Origin: an uncultured Candidatus Peribacteria bacterium
GTDB lineage: Bacteria; Patescibacteriota; Gracilibacteria; Peribacterales; Peribacteraceae
Assembly: GCA_964601225.1 (NCBI GenBank)
Contig: CAZRMM010000006.1
Span: 20,240-84,239, forward strand
Length of the DNA: 64,000 nt
Direction: 5' to 3'
Positions 8,360 through 17,835 of the stretch are shown piece by piece. The stretch's first letter is position 1; every line of letters begins with the position of its first letter. Both the position numbers and the translations under genes were made by a program. Under the pieces are notes generated by a model that was not told where the DNA came from, searched no databases, and saw nothing but the letters and a program-made list of their open reading frames with translations.

Positions 8360-9916
8360 ATGCCACTCTTCATCCCCTTCGTCGCCCTCGTTCTAGGATC
8401 CGTTCTCGGCATCGCAGCCGGCAAGGTCCTGTTCTCGCAGGGAAAGAAAATCTCCGCCGCGCTCCAGCAAAAGATCTCCGAGAAGGAAAGCGAGCTCCAT
8501 AAGACCGAATCGAAACTTGCGGAAGCTCGCGGACAAATCAAAGCCGCCGAAGCCGAGGCCAAAGCCACCGCCAAAGAAATCTTAGCCGAGGCCAAGGCGA
8601 GCGTGAGCGAGATGGAAGCAAAAGCGGAAAAGGAGCTGGGTCGCATCGAAGAAAAAGAGCGAAGCTTGGACCAAAAAGTGAAGGAGGTTGAACGCCAGAG
8701 AAGCGTCGTCGACAAGCTGAAGACCGATCTCGAAGAAACGAAGAAAGAAGTGAGCGACGCGGCGGTTAAACATCGTGAGGCATTGGAGAACATCGCAAAG
8801 CTCTCGACCGACGAAGCCAAAAAGCAGTTGGAGAAGCAACTCGAGGAAGAGTTCTCCGGCCATTTCGCGAAACAGATCAAGCTGAAGAGGCAGGAGATGG
8901 AACAGGAAGTGGAAGAGAAGGCGAAGGAACTCCTTGCACAGGCGATGCAGCGCTATGCCTCCGAAGTGGCAAGCGAATCGACGGCGACCGTGGTGCAGCT
9001 CCCGAGCGACGACGTGAAGGGCAAGATCATCGGCAAGGAAGGCCGCAACATCACCGCCTTCGAGCACGCCACGGGCGTCGACGTGATCATCGACGACACC
9101 CCGGGCGCGATCATCATCTCGGGCTTCGACCTCGTGCGCCGCTACGTGGCCAAACTCGCGATGGAGAAACTCGTCCAGGACGGTCGCATCCAACCCGCGA
9201 GGATCGAGGAGATCGTCGTGAAGGTGAAGGAGCAGGTGGGCAAGATGATGATGGAATTCGGCAAGCGCGCCTGCGAGGAGCTCGGCATCGCCGGCTACGC
9301 CCCGGATCTCCTCAAAATCATCGGACGCCTCCGTTTCCGCACCAGCTACGGCCAGAACGTTCTCAAACACTCCGTGGAAATGGCCAACATCGGGCGCATG
9401 ATCGCCGAAGAAATGGGCGCCAACGTCTCGACCGTCGTCGAAGGCTGTCTGCTCCACGACATCGGCAAGGCGCTCGACCACGAGGTCAGCGGCACGCACG
9501 TGGAGATCGGCGTGGAGATCTGCAAGCGCTACAAGATTCGCCCCGAAGTGATCCACTGTGTCGCGGCGCACCACGAGGACATTCCGATGGAGACGCCCGA
9601 GGCGTTCATCGTCGCGGCGGCCGACGCGATCTCCGGCGCCCGTCCGGGTGCCCGCAGGGAATCGCTCGAAGAGTACTTCAAGCGCCTGAAGGCGCTCGAG
9701 GACGTGGCCAAGTCGTTCGAGGGCGTGCACAGGGCCTTCGCGATCTCCGCGGGCCGCGAGGTGCGCATCTTCGTCGACACGAAGAAAGTCGACGACCTGG
9801 GTCAGGAGAAGCTCGCCAAGGACATCGCCAAGAAGGTCGAAGCCGAGCTCACCTACCCGGGCGTCATCAAGGTCAACGTGATCCGCGAAAGGAGAATCGA
9901 GGAACTCGCGAAGTGA
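8360..9916 (+). CDS. rny: ribonuclease Y
   Basis: It has an N-terminal TM helix (MPLFIPFVALVLGSVLGIAAG) and a coiled coil. The KH segment is KIIGKEGRNITAFEHATGVDVIIDD. The HD domain is LLHDIGKA...CVAAHHED. The tail GREVRIFVD...YPGVIKVNVIRE is conserved. The track starts at GTG 8330; I prefer ATG 8360. Confidence 0.9.
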   Translation: MPLFIPFVALVLGSVLGIAAGKVLFSQGKKISAALQQKISEKESELHKTESKLAEARGQIKAAEAEAKATAKEILAEAKASVSEMEAKAEKELGRIEEKERSLDQKVKEVERQRSVVDKLKTDLEETKKEVSDAAVKHREALENIAKLSTDEAKKQLEKQLEEEFSGHFAKQIKLKRQEMEQEVEEKAKELLAQAMQRYASEVASESTATVVQLPSDDVKGKIIGKEGRNITAFEHATGVDVIIDDTPGAIIISGFDLVRRYVAKLAMEKLVQDGRIQPARIEEIVVKVKEQVGKMMMEFGKRACEELGIAGYAPDLLKIIGRLRFRTSYGQNVLKHSVEMANIGRMIAEEMGANVSTVVEGCLLHDIGKALDHEVSGTHVEIGVEICKRYKIRPEVIHCVAAHHEDIPMETPEAFIVAAADAISGARPGARRESLEEYFKRLKALEDVAKSFEGVHRAFAISAGREVRIFVDTKKVDDLGQEKLAKDIAKKVEAELTYPGVIKVNVIRERRIEELAK

Positions 9917-10215
9917 TTTCCCTGTCTCCGACGCTGATTCTTCGCCAGGCTTAGGATCAACGTCGTCCGCGAGCACTGCATCGAAGAGTTGACTCAGTAA
10001 GGCGCGTTCCCAAAGAGCACCTGTGACCTCCATACCCGTGAACGAAGGTCCCGAAGAGCTGGCGCCACCGTGTCGAATTCACGATTGAAGCATCGACCTT
10101 CCCCGCATGGGCTCCTCGCCCGCACTCCGGGAAAAGCTGTACAAGCGACATCGTTCGTGGCGCGACCCCGAGAAAATACGCTATTCTGCGGACCGTCTCC
10201 TTACGGTCCTGCAGC

Positions 10216-11376
10216 ATGCGACGCGACACCGCTCTCACCATCGCATCGATCCTCGTCGCGGGCGGCATCGTGCTCGGCCCGACCATCGCGGACTACCGTG
10301 CAAACCATCGGGCTCAGGTCACCGATCCCATCTACACGACGCCGGTTGATCCGGCGGTATTCAATACCAGAACTGTCCCGCTTCGCCGGGTAAGCGACGA
10401 CGCGCGGCGCGATTTCTGCTCGATGCGACAGCTCAGCGGGGGCAAGTGCGTTCCTGCGGAAATCCGTTGCCCGACCGGATGGAAAAAAGTATGCCAAGGC
10501 ACGTGCGCGTGCGGCGGAACCATCTGCCAGTGCGTGAAGGAGGAGAAAGCGAACGAAAACAACACCTGCGGAAATGGCATATGCGAACCGGGGGAGTACC
10601 GAACGGAACTGCCTCCGTGCGATCTGAGAAGCAGTGACTGCGTACAGGCGCCGCGTCTGATTCCCATTTGCCAGAAAGATTGCAATTCCCTCGCCCGTTC
10701 GGGAACGCAGGAAAGCATGTGTTACGACACGCGATACGCCGACTGTGCGAGAGGCGTCACCGATCGGAATCGCCTCAAGGACTGCGAGATACTTGCCGAA
10801 CGTTTCTGCGGATCGAACGGACAAAATCCCACCTGTACCGAGGCGCAGCTCAAGCGCTGCATCGACCAGCTTCTTGTGCGAAACACATCCGCGATCGACG
10901 CGCAGAGGATTTGCAATGCAGATTGCAACGGCACCTTCGTGGCGCCTCCCGGAAGCACTTGTACGAACGACCAGGTGAAAATCTGCGTGAAAAGACTCAT
11001 GGAACGGGGCACTTCCGCAACGGACGCAGAGCGCCAGTGCCTTGCCGATTGCGCCCCTCCACCGGCTCTGCCGCCTCCCCCGGCGCCCGTGGGCGGTTGC
11101 ACAGGAGAGGAATACGCGCAGTGCGTGGAGAGGGTGATTCTCCAGGGAACAAGGCTCTCCGACGCCCAGGATCTCTGCAAAAAAATCTGCAACGACATCC
11201 AGGGTGACCGCACCTACCTGGATCAGCTGAAAAAACGCGTCAGCGTGTGCGACTTCTCCAGCATCGGACGGTGCTGCGAAGTCGCAAAACAATTGGGAAA
11301 CGACGCGGAAAAGGACTGCCTCACACTTTGCGAACGCAAGGGCGTATCGATACAGGACAAGGCCCTGTGCAACTGA
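10216..11376 (+). CDS. membrane-anchored/secreted Cys-rich repeat protein (386 aa)
   Basis: N-terminal TM helix (ALTIASILVAGGIVLGP). There are about 40 Cys, including three ~31-aa modules C-T-x2-[QE]-x3-C-x3-L-x4-T-S-A-x-D-A-x-R-x-C-x-A-D-C. The antisense ORF 10201..11292 is Arg-rich. Confidence 0.6.
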   Translation: MRRDTALTIASILVAGGIVLGPTIADYRANHRAQVTDPIYTTPVDPAVFNTRTVPLRRVSDDARRDFCSMRQLSGGKCVPAEIRCPTGWKKVCQGTCACGGTICQCVKEEKANENNTCGNGICEPGEYRTELPPCDLRSSDCVQAPRLIPICQKDCNSLARSGTQESMCYDTRYADCARGVTDRNRLKDCEILAERFCGSNGQNPTCTEAQLKRCIDQLLVRNTSAIDAQRICNADCNGTFVAPPGSTCTNDQVKICVKRLMERGTSATDAERQCLADCAPPPALPPPPAPVGGCTGEEYAQCVERVILQGTRLSDAQDLCKKICNDIQGDRTYLDQLKKRVSVCDFSSIGRCCEVAKQLGNDAEKDCLTLCERKGVSIQDKALCN

Positions 11377-12354
11377 TTATCCGGGAAGCTCCCACGCCCC
11401 CGGAGAAGAACGGACAAGCCCGTCGTGCTCGAGTTTTTGCAAAAGACCGAGAAGCCACGCCTCATGCTCCAAAGCATTCCAATCGATACACACTGCTTCC
11501 CCAATCACCCGCAAAGGCAATTTCTTTCTGGCGTCTCGAAGCACCTCCACGATTCGCCCGCGAAAAATGCGATTGGGAACGAAGACCGAACCGACAAGTC
11601 GACCCGGTTCTTTTTTTGCGACTTTCGGCCGCGGATCGACTGCCACCCTGTGCGCGGCTTTCATGAGTCCGCGTCTCGTCAGAGGGCAGATGCCCCATTG
11701 CGGATTTCTCTTTGTACAAATAATTGATCCAAAATCCATGAGTGCCGCATGCCAATTTCGCGCGTCGTGCGGTATCGAATTTCGGACATCGGATGTCGAG
11801 ATCGCCGCCGCCAGAACCTCCGACGCAAGCGTGAGCAAGCGATCGTCACCGATGGGAAACGTACCGTCGGATCTTTCGGGGCCGAAGAACGCGCGGTGAA
11901 GGATGCGTCGAATGTTGGTATCGAGACAGGCGGTCGGAAGATTGAACGCAAAATTACGGACTGCCGCTGCCGTGTAGTGGCCGATTCCGGGGATCGATCG
12001 AAGATCGTCCATCTCTTTCGGAAAAGATCCCCGTGCAACGACCGCTTTCGCCGCGTCGCGCAACCGCAGAGCACGACTGTTGTACCCAAGCCCTCTCCAA
12101 GCAATGAGAACATCGCGATTGGAAGCAGAAGCCAAATCCTCGATTTTCCTAAACTTTTCGAGGAATTCTTTGTACAAAATTTTTACTCTACTAACCTGCG
12201 TTTGCTGAAGCATGATCTCGGAGACAAGCACGCGATACGCCCGCTCGCTCTCGTTCGTGATCGCAAGATCACGCCAAGGGAGTTCGCGCTTGTGAGCAAC
12301 GAACCATTCCCAGATGGTATCGGTGAACGCCCGAATACGATCCGCTTTTTTCAC
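11377..12354 (-). CDS. mutY: HhH-GPD base-excision glycosylase, MutY-like
   Basis: Matches include LPWR near the N-terminus, SEIMLQQTQVSRV, WRGLGYNSRALRL, the HhH motif IPGIGHYTAAAV and the catalytic-Asp region LDTNIRRILHR. It uses a GTG start. The Fe-S loop retains only 2 of the 4 usual Cys (ICTKRNPQWGICPLTRRG). Confidence 0.75.
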   Translation of the reverse strand: MKKADRIRAFTDTIWEWFVAHKRELPWRDLAITNESERAYRVLVSEIMLQQTQVSRVKILYKEFLEKFRKIEDLASASNRDVLIAWRGLGYNSRALRLRDAAKAVVARGSFPKEMDDLRSIPGIGHYTAAAVRNFAFNLPTACLDTNIRRILHRAFFGPERSDGTFPIGDDRLLTLASEVLAAAISTSDVRNSIPHDARNWHAALMDFGSIICTKRNPQWGICPLTRRGLMKAAHRVAVDPRPKVAKKEPGRLVGSVFVPNRIFRGRIVEVLRDARKKLPLRVIGEAVCIDWNALEHEAWLLGLLQKLEHDGLVRSSPGAWELPG

Positions 12355-12512
12355 GCTCCCATCGTAGAAGAAAATTCATGCGGTGAAATTCCAAAAGCGG
12401 GAAAACGGATTTTTCGGCATTTCCGTCTCAATTTCGCCCTGAATTTCTGCGCGCACAATTCCTGTTTTTTTCGTGGTGGCGGAAAAATAAAACTGACAGA
12501 CTGACTCTTCCG

Positions 12513-14420
12513 ATGCTTCTCATTCTCACGCTTCTCTGGCGGCACGCACGGCGTCACCCCTGGAAAACGGGTATCACTTTTGCGCTCGTTCTCGCCGTTG
12601 CCGCGCTGTGGATCGCCGAACCTCTCTATGCAAAGTGGGCGGTCGATACGCTCTTAAGAGCAAAAGACGGAGCGACCGTTCCCTACGCGCGCGTTTTTTT
12701 CGGTTGGGGAGCACTCGTCGTCACGATGGCCATCGTCCAGGCTCTCGAAAAATACTGGACCTGGGAAATCGACAACACTCTCGTGCTCGACCGGCGCCAG
12801 GACGTGTACGAAAAAGTGCTGCACTTGGACGTCGCGTTCCATACTTCCCAGAAAAGCGGCGAAGTGATCAAGATTCTGGATGAAGGCGCGGATCAATTGA
12901 TGGACATGCAACGGGAAATCTTCGTGAACTTCCTCCCGTCACTCATCGCCGCCGTGGTATTCCTCGCCATCGGAATCACCATCGAACCGATCCTTGTCGG
13001 AGTCCTGGCAATCACGCTTTCGCTCTACTTCGTGGTCGTAGTGCTCGGCGTGCAAAGAACCGTCGTTCTGCAGCAGCAAATCAATAAATTGTGGGTGGAG
13101 TCTATCGGCCGCGCGTACGACGCGGTGCTCAATATCTCTTCCGTCAAATCAGGAGCGCAGGAGAAACGGGAGCTCCAGCACATGGAAAAGCTCCATGCGA
13201 CCGCGCACCGTAAGCAATCGCGCGTGAACTATCGCTGGGCACTGATTGAAAGCATGAACTTCTTCCTGCTGACGAGGGTATTGCTTATCGGCATCGGCAT
13301 CGTGCTCTACGTGCACGGGCGCATCACGCTCGGCGAACTCTACTTCTTCCAATCGTCTTTCTTCCGCGTGCTCACTCCGTTCGAAATACTCTCGGGAATC
13401 CTTCCTCAATGGAACAAACGACTTGGAAAAATCCGCATGAGCGAGGAAATCTTCCAGACACCGGTAACCGTAAAAAGCATGGGCGGCCAGACCCTCGGCG
13501 CCCTCCGGGGTGAGATCGTGCTCGAGAACGTGTGCTTCTCGTACGAGGAGAAACCGACCGTCTACGACACGGACGCACTCGACGCGAGCGCAGACCACGG
13601 AGGTACGGAACAGAACAGGGAATCGGAACCTTCGGAGGCCGCGATCGAGAAACTCCACGTCATGCGAGAAGAACCCCGACGCGAAGAAGCGTCCGACGAC
13701 GATGCGACCCATTGCCACGACTATGACGTGCTTGAAAGCGTTACTCTGACGATCAAGGCAGGAGAGAAAGTTGCCTTTGTGGGGCACTCCGGCGCAGGCA
13801 AAACCACGATGGCCATGTTGTTGACGCGCTTCTATGACGTCACCAAGGGCAAGATCGTAGTGGACGGTACGGATCTTCGGAAATTGGATCTCCAGTGGTG
13901 GAGGAGCCGCATCGGTCTCGTCCTCCAGGACAACATCCTCTTCAACGACTCGGTGCTGGAGAACATCCGCTACGCGCGCCCCGACGCGACCAAAGAGGAC
14001 GTGATCGACGCCGCCCGGCGCGCGGCCGCCCACGAGTTCATCGAGAAACTCCCGAAAGGCTACGATACGCTCATCGGCGACCGCGGGATCCGTCTCTCGG
14101 GCGGCCAGCGTCAGCGCGTCGCCATCGCACGGGCAATCCTCAAGGACCCGGCGATCGTCATTCTCGACGAAGCGACGAGCGCCCTCGATTCCGTAACGGA
14201 GCGCGCCGTGCAGCAGGGTATCGAAAGTCTTACGAAGGAGAGAACATCTTGCATCATCGCGCACCGCCTTTCGACCGTACGCAGCTGCGACCGCATCGCC
14301 GTGCTCGATGGGGGAAGGCTTATCGCCTACGCACCGCACGAGGAACTCATGAAAACCTGCGCCATCTATAAGGAAATGGTGGAATTGCAAAGCCAGGGAA
14401 TGTTGGCGGAGAATTCATGA
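12513..14420 (+). CDS. ABC exporter, fused permease/ATPase (MsbA-like type)
   Basis: Six-TM N-terminal half. Walker A is GHSGAGKTT, the signature is LSGGQRQRVAIARA, Walker B is VILDEATSALD and the H-loop is IIAHRL. A ~55-residue acidic insertion sits between the FSY strand and the VLESV strand of the NBD (about 13545..13725). Confidence 0.85.
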   Translation: MLLILTLLWRHARRHPWKTGITFALVLAVAALWIAEPLYAKWAVDTLLRAKDGATVPYARVFFGWGALVVTMAIVQALEKYWTWEIDNTLVLDRRQDVYEKVLHLDVAFHTSQKSGEVIKILDEGADQLMDMQREIFVNFLPSLIAAVVFLAIGITIEPILVGVLAITLSLYFVVVVLGVQRTVVLQQQINKLWVESIGRAYDAVLNISSVKSGAQEKRELQHMEKLHATAHRKQSRVNYRWALIESMNFFLLTRVLLIGIGIVLYVHGRITLGELYFFQSSFFRVLTPFEILSGILPQWNKRLGKIRMSEEIFQTPVTVKSMGGQTLGALRGEIVLENVCFSYEEKPTVYDTDALDASADHGGTEQNRESEPSEAAIEKLHVMREEPRREEASDDDATHCHDYDVLESVTLTIKAGEKVAFVGHSGAGKTTMAMLLTRFYDVTKGKIVVDGTDLRKLDLQWWRSRIGLVLQDNILFNDSVLENIRYARPDATKEDVIDAARRAAAHEFIEKLPKGYDTLIGDRGIRLSGGQRQRVAIARAILKDPAIVILDEATSALDSVTERAVQQGIESLTKERTSCIIAHRLSTVRSCDRIAVLDGGRLIAYAPHEELMKTCAIYKEMVELQSQGMLAENS

Positions 14421-14755
14421 CCGTCTTCCCCTCTCTTCCTATGACAAAGAAAACATTCACGATCGATCCGGAAAAGCGGACCGACGCCGCCAAAGCGCTC
14501 GGAGACCTGAAGAAAAAAATTCTCGATACTAATCCGGACGATGTCGTGGGCGAACTTCCTGCCGGAAGGAAAAAGGAAATCTCCCTTGGATTCAACGATC
14601 TCATGCAGGCGGTCCGATCAGGTACCGCCTCCATCGGCGCGTACATTTTCACGGAGAAATTCAACGACCCGGACGCAACCATCGACGATTTCACGCGTAG
14701 TATTGCGGAAAAAGCGCAGGCCATCCTGGAGCAATTTTCGTCCTCGGTTTCCTGA
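14417..14755 (+). CDS. hypothetical protein (112 aa)
   Basis: ATGA overlap with the ABC exporter stop (14417..14420). Composition is protein-like. No family recognised. Confidence 0.5.
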   Translation: MTVFPSLPMTKKTFTIDPEKRTDAAKALGDLKKKILDTNPDDVVGELPAGRKKEISLGFNDLMQAVRSGTASIGAYIFTEKFNDPDATIDDFTRSIAEKAQAILEQFSSSVS

Positions 14756-14821
14756 AAACACCGTGGAGGAAGTGTGCGATCTTTCCTGCCCTGCGTTTCC
14801 GGACGTACGAACCACTTCCTA

Positions 14822-14851
14822 TTGACGCATCCGGCGCGCTTTCCCTAGACT
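14822..14851 (+). promoter_or_regulatory. promoter TTGACG-18nt-TAGACT upstream of tuf
   Basis: TTGACG is at 14822..14827 and TAGACT at 14846..14851, 70 nt upstream of the tuf ATG. Confidence 0.5.
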
Positions 14852-14921
14852 GCCGCGGCTATTTAAAGGTAATCTCCCTCTCCGGAAGACACCTTTTCCC
14901 CACTTTTTTCCTCCCTTCGTT

Positions 14922-16121
14922 ATGGCCGAGCAGAAGAAATTCGACCGAACCAAGCCGCACGTTAACGTCGGCACCATCGGTCACATTGACCACGGAAAGA
15001 CCACGCTCACCGCTGCCCTATCAGCTCGCGGCGCGGCCAAGTACGGCTCCACGGCCATTGACTATAAGTCGATTGCAAAGGGTGGTACGGAACGCGATTC
15101 CACCAAGACGATCACGATCGCCTCGGCCCACGTCGAGTACGAGACGGCCAACCGTCACTACGCCCACGTCGACTGTCCCGGTCACGCCGACTACGTCAAA
15201 AACATGATCACGGGTGCCGCTCAGATGGACGGCGCCATTCTCGTCGTCTCGGCGGCGGACGGTCCGATGCCCCAGACCCGCGAGCACATTCTTCTCGCCC
15301 GCCAGGTCGGCGTGCCGAAGATCGTGGTCTTCCTCAACAAGATCGACCTCGTGAAGGACAAGGAACTCCTCGACCTCGTCGAGGAAGAGGTTCGCGAGCT
15401 CCTCACGAAGTACGGCTTCCCGGGCAAGGACACGCCGGTCGTGAAGGGTTCTGCTCTTCCCGCCTACTCGAACCCGAAGGACGACACCGCCAACGCCTGC
15501 ATCGACGAGCTCTTCAAGACGCTCGACGAGTACATCCCGATCCCGCAGCGTGAAGTGGACAAGCCGTTCCTCATGTCCGTCGAGGACGTCTTCTCCATCA
15601 AGGGTCGCGGCACCGTCGCCACGGGCCGTATCGAGCAGGGTAAGGTGAAGGTCAACGAAGAAGTCGAGATCATCGGTCTCAAGGACACCCGCAAGTCCGT
15701 CTGCACGGGCGTTGAAATGTTCCACAAGCTCCTCGACGAAGGTATGGCCGGTGACAACGTCGGTCTCCTCCTCCGCGGCGTTGAGCGCGAGGACGTTGAG
15801 CGCGGCCAGGTTATCGCGAAGCCGGGCAGCATCACCCCGCACACGCAGTTCGATTCTGAGGTATACATCCTCTCCAAGGAGGAAGGCGGCCGTCACACCC
15901 CGTTCTTCAAGGGTTACAAGCCGCAGTTCTACATCCGCACCACGGACGTTACGGGTTCCGTAGAGTTGGCCCCCAGCGTCGAAATGGTGATGCCGGGTGA
16001 CAATACGAAGTTCACCGTCACACTCGGTCTTCCCGTCGCTCTCGAGCAGGGAACGCGCTTCGCCATCCGCGAAGGCGGCCGCACCGTCGGTGCCGGCGTC
16101 GTGACCAAGATCATCAAGTAA
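14922..16121 (+). CDS. tuf: elongation factor Tu
   Basis: G1 is [10 protein letters not shown]3 is DCPGHADY and G4 is NKID. The full-length 399-aa protein aligns with EF-Tu. The switch-I region is unusual ([13 protein letters not shown] instead of the ARGITI type). Confidence 0.97.
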   Translation: MAEQKKFDRTKPHVNVGTIGHIDHGKTTLTAALSARGAAKYGSTAIDYKSIAKGGTERDSTKTITIASAHVEYETANRHYAHVDCPGHADYVKNMITGAAQMDGAILVVSAADGPMPQTREHILLARQVGVPKIVVFLNKIDLVKDKELLDLVEEEVRELLTKYGFPGKDTPVVKGSALPAYSNPKDDTANACIDELFKTLDEYIPIPQREVDKPFLMSVEDVFSIKGRGTVATGRIEQGKVKVNEEVEIIGLKDTRKSVCTGVEMFHKLLDEGMAGDNVGLLLRGVEREDVERGQVIAKPGSITPHTQFDSEVYILSKEEGGRHTPFFKGYKPQFYIRTTDVTGSVELAPSVEMVMPGDNTKFTVTLGLPVALEQGTRFAIREGGRTVGAGVVTKIIK

Positions 16122-16220
16122 TCTCCCCGTCCCGAAGGGGTAATGGCTCGACTTCGCTCACCATTGCCCCTTCGGCCCACGGTCCCTATACTCCCCCGCT
16201 CTTTCTCCCCCTCTCTGCCC

Positions 16221-16682
16221 ATGGCAACCGCCAAGAAGTCCACGGAAAAGAAGACTCCCGCCAAGAAAGCCGCCCCGAAAGCGGCCTCCCCTGCAGAGAA
16301 GAAGCCGAAGACGGCCGCGGTTTCGGCGAGTGCCGTTACGGCCGAGAAGTCCGTCAGCGGCAAGAAAGAGATTAAAGCTGCCGTCATCCGCATTCGTCTT
16401 TCGGCCTTCGACCACACGGTCTTGGACGAGGCCGCCGCGAAGATCATCGAGACTTCCGAGCGCTCCGGCGCCGTCGTCCACGGACCGATCCCGTTGCCGA
16501 CGATCCTCAAAAAGTGGACCGTGAACCGTTCGACGTTCGTCCACAAGGACGCCCGCGACCAGTTTGAGATGCGTATTCACCGCCGCCTGATCGACCTTTC
16601 TGAGACCACCTTCAAGACCGTGGAGAGCCTGCAATCGTTGTCTTTGCCCTCCGGCGTGGACATCGAGATCAAGATGGGTTGA
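16221..16682 (+). CDS. rpsJ: 30S ribosomal protein S10 with ~50-aa Lys/Ala/Pro-rich N-terminal extension
   Basis: The core [39 protein letters not shown]...RIHRRLIDL...[10 protein letters not shown] is S10. I start at ATG 16221 ([20 protein letters not shown]...). A TTGCCC-17-TATACT promoter-like site lies at about 16183..16211. Confidence 0.9.
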   Translation: MATAKKSTEKKTPAKKAAPKAASPAEKKPKTAAVSASAVTAEKSVSGKKEIKAAVIRIRLSAFDHTVLDEAAAKIIETSERSGAVVHGPIPLPTILKKWTVNRSTFVHKDARDQFEMRIHRRLIDLSETTFKTVESLQSLSLPSGVDIEIKMG

Positions 16683-16736
16683 TTCGTTCTCTTGTAGAAC
16701 TGTAAAACCAAAGAATCCACCTGTGTGGAATTGACG

Positions 16737-17078
16737 ATGGAAGGATGTAAGCTAGCTTGCTCCCATATGGTCAATACCATCAGCTTCGAAGAGGTTCCGC
16801 CGATTTTACGAGATCTCATGGAGTGTGTTGTAGAAAAAAATTCCGTCAACGCATGGCTCACGAACAAGAAATCTTTCCCGGGGGAAGGCCGACCGATTGA
16901 TCTGTTGTCTGCGGATCGGCGCGATCTCTATTGGAATATTAGGCGAATTACTGAACGCTTTTACTCGGGAATAGGTATGGCATCCGCTCCGAATATCCCG
17001 CAACAAGAAGAATTGATAAAAAGGTGCGTAGCGGAACTCCTGGGTTGGGACAGTGAAGGGGAGGATATCCTCGCCTGA
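16737..17078 (+). CDS. DUF2384-like (Xre/MbcA/ParS antitoxin C-terminal domain-like) protein
   Basis: NAWLTNKKSFPGEGRPIDLLSADRRDLYWNIRRITERFYSG resembles the toxin-binding domain pattern (WL..P...LGG..P.DLL). The track starts at GTG 16725. No RES-type partner gene is adjacent. Confidence 0.45.
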   Translation: MEGCKLACSHMVNTISFEEVPPILRDLMECVVEKNSVNAWLTNKKSFPGEGRPIDLLSADRRDLYWNIRRITERFYSGIGMASAPNIPQQEELIKRCVAELLGWDSEGEDILA

Positions 17079-17142
17079 CGTGCTCACACACCGCTTCATC
17101 GTCTTCTTTTTTTCCCCACGCCCGTCCCTTACACTTCTTTCC

Positions 17143-17835
17143 GTGCCATCCCCCTCCCCCCTCACGGAGCTCGAGCGTGTCATCGGCGTCGACTTTAAGC
17201 GAAAAGAACATCTTCGCCAGGCACTGATCCACCGTTCCGCGGTGAAGGAAGCGCGCGCATACGGGCATAACGAACGCCTGGAGTTCCTCGGGGACGCGGT
17301 CCTGGAGCTTGCGACGACGGAGTACCTCTTCCACCTCTCCGAACGCCCGGAAGGCGAGCTGACGAACTGGCGCTCGGCGCTGGTACAAGGCGACCACTTG
17401 GCCCAAGTGGCGAGGCAGCTCGACCTGGGAAAATATCTTTCCATGAGCAAAGGCGAGGAGGCTTCCGACGGCCGCAACAAGGATTCCACCCTGGCAAACG
17501 CCCTTGAAGCGCTTATCGGGGCGATCTACCTCGATAAAGGCTTCGCCGTGGCCAAGCGCTTCTGCGAGGAGCACATTCTGACGAACCTGAACGATCTGCT
17601 TGCGATGGGAAAACATCGCGATGAGAAGAGTCTCTTCCAAGAACGTGCGCAGGAGCGCATGGGTGTTACGCCCCATTACGAAGTTGTGGGCGAGGAAGGA
17701 CCGGATCATGACAAGAAGTTCACCTGTGCCGTCTTCATCGGAGCGGAGAAAATCGCCGAAGGCAGCGGCAACAGCAAGCAGCGCGCCGAAACCGCCGCGG
17801 CCAAGGAGGGATTGAAAGTGAAGGGCTGGGCGTGA
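17143..17835 (+). CDS. rnc: ribonuclease III
   Basis: The signature is NERLEFLGDAVLELATTEYLF. Further matches are NALEALIGAIYLD and a C-terminal dsRBD (HDKKFTCAVFIGAEKIAEGSGNSKQRAETAAA). The start is uncertain: GTG 17143 gives 230 aa, while the track start at 17053 adds an implausible Pro/Phe-rich leader. Confidence 0.85.
   Translation: MPSPSPLTELERVIGVDFKRKEHLRQALIHRSAVKEARAYGHNERLEFLGDAVLELATTEYLFHLSERPEGELTNWRSALVQGDHLAQVARQLDLGKYLSMSKGEEASDGRNKDSTLANALEALIGAIYLDKGFAVAKRFCEEHILTNLNDLLAMGKHRDEKSLFQERAQERMGVTPHYEVVGEEGPDHDKKFTCAVFIGAEKIAEGSGNSKQRAETAAAKEGLKVKGWA

Noticed and set aside
8582-10033. 483-aa minus-strand ORF antisense to rny
   Set aside because: It lies almost entirely opposite a clearly identified gene (RNase Y). 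Its composition is dominated by Arg, Ala, Gly, Asp and His, which is typical of shadow ORFs in GC-rich DNA. It has no recognisable motifs.
10201-11292. 363-aa minus-strand ORF opposite the Cys-rich protein gene
   Set aside because: It is Arg/Ala-rich and has no signal, domains or sensible start context. The plus-strand product has a TM anchor and a regular Cys-module periodicity, which is unlikely by chance.
13149-15896. Long antisense ORFs 13149..14390 and 15021..15896
   Set aside because: They lie opposite the ABC exporter and tuf, both unambiguous. Their composition is shadow-ORF-like.
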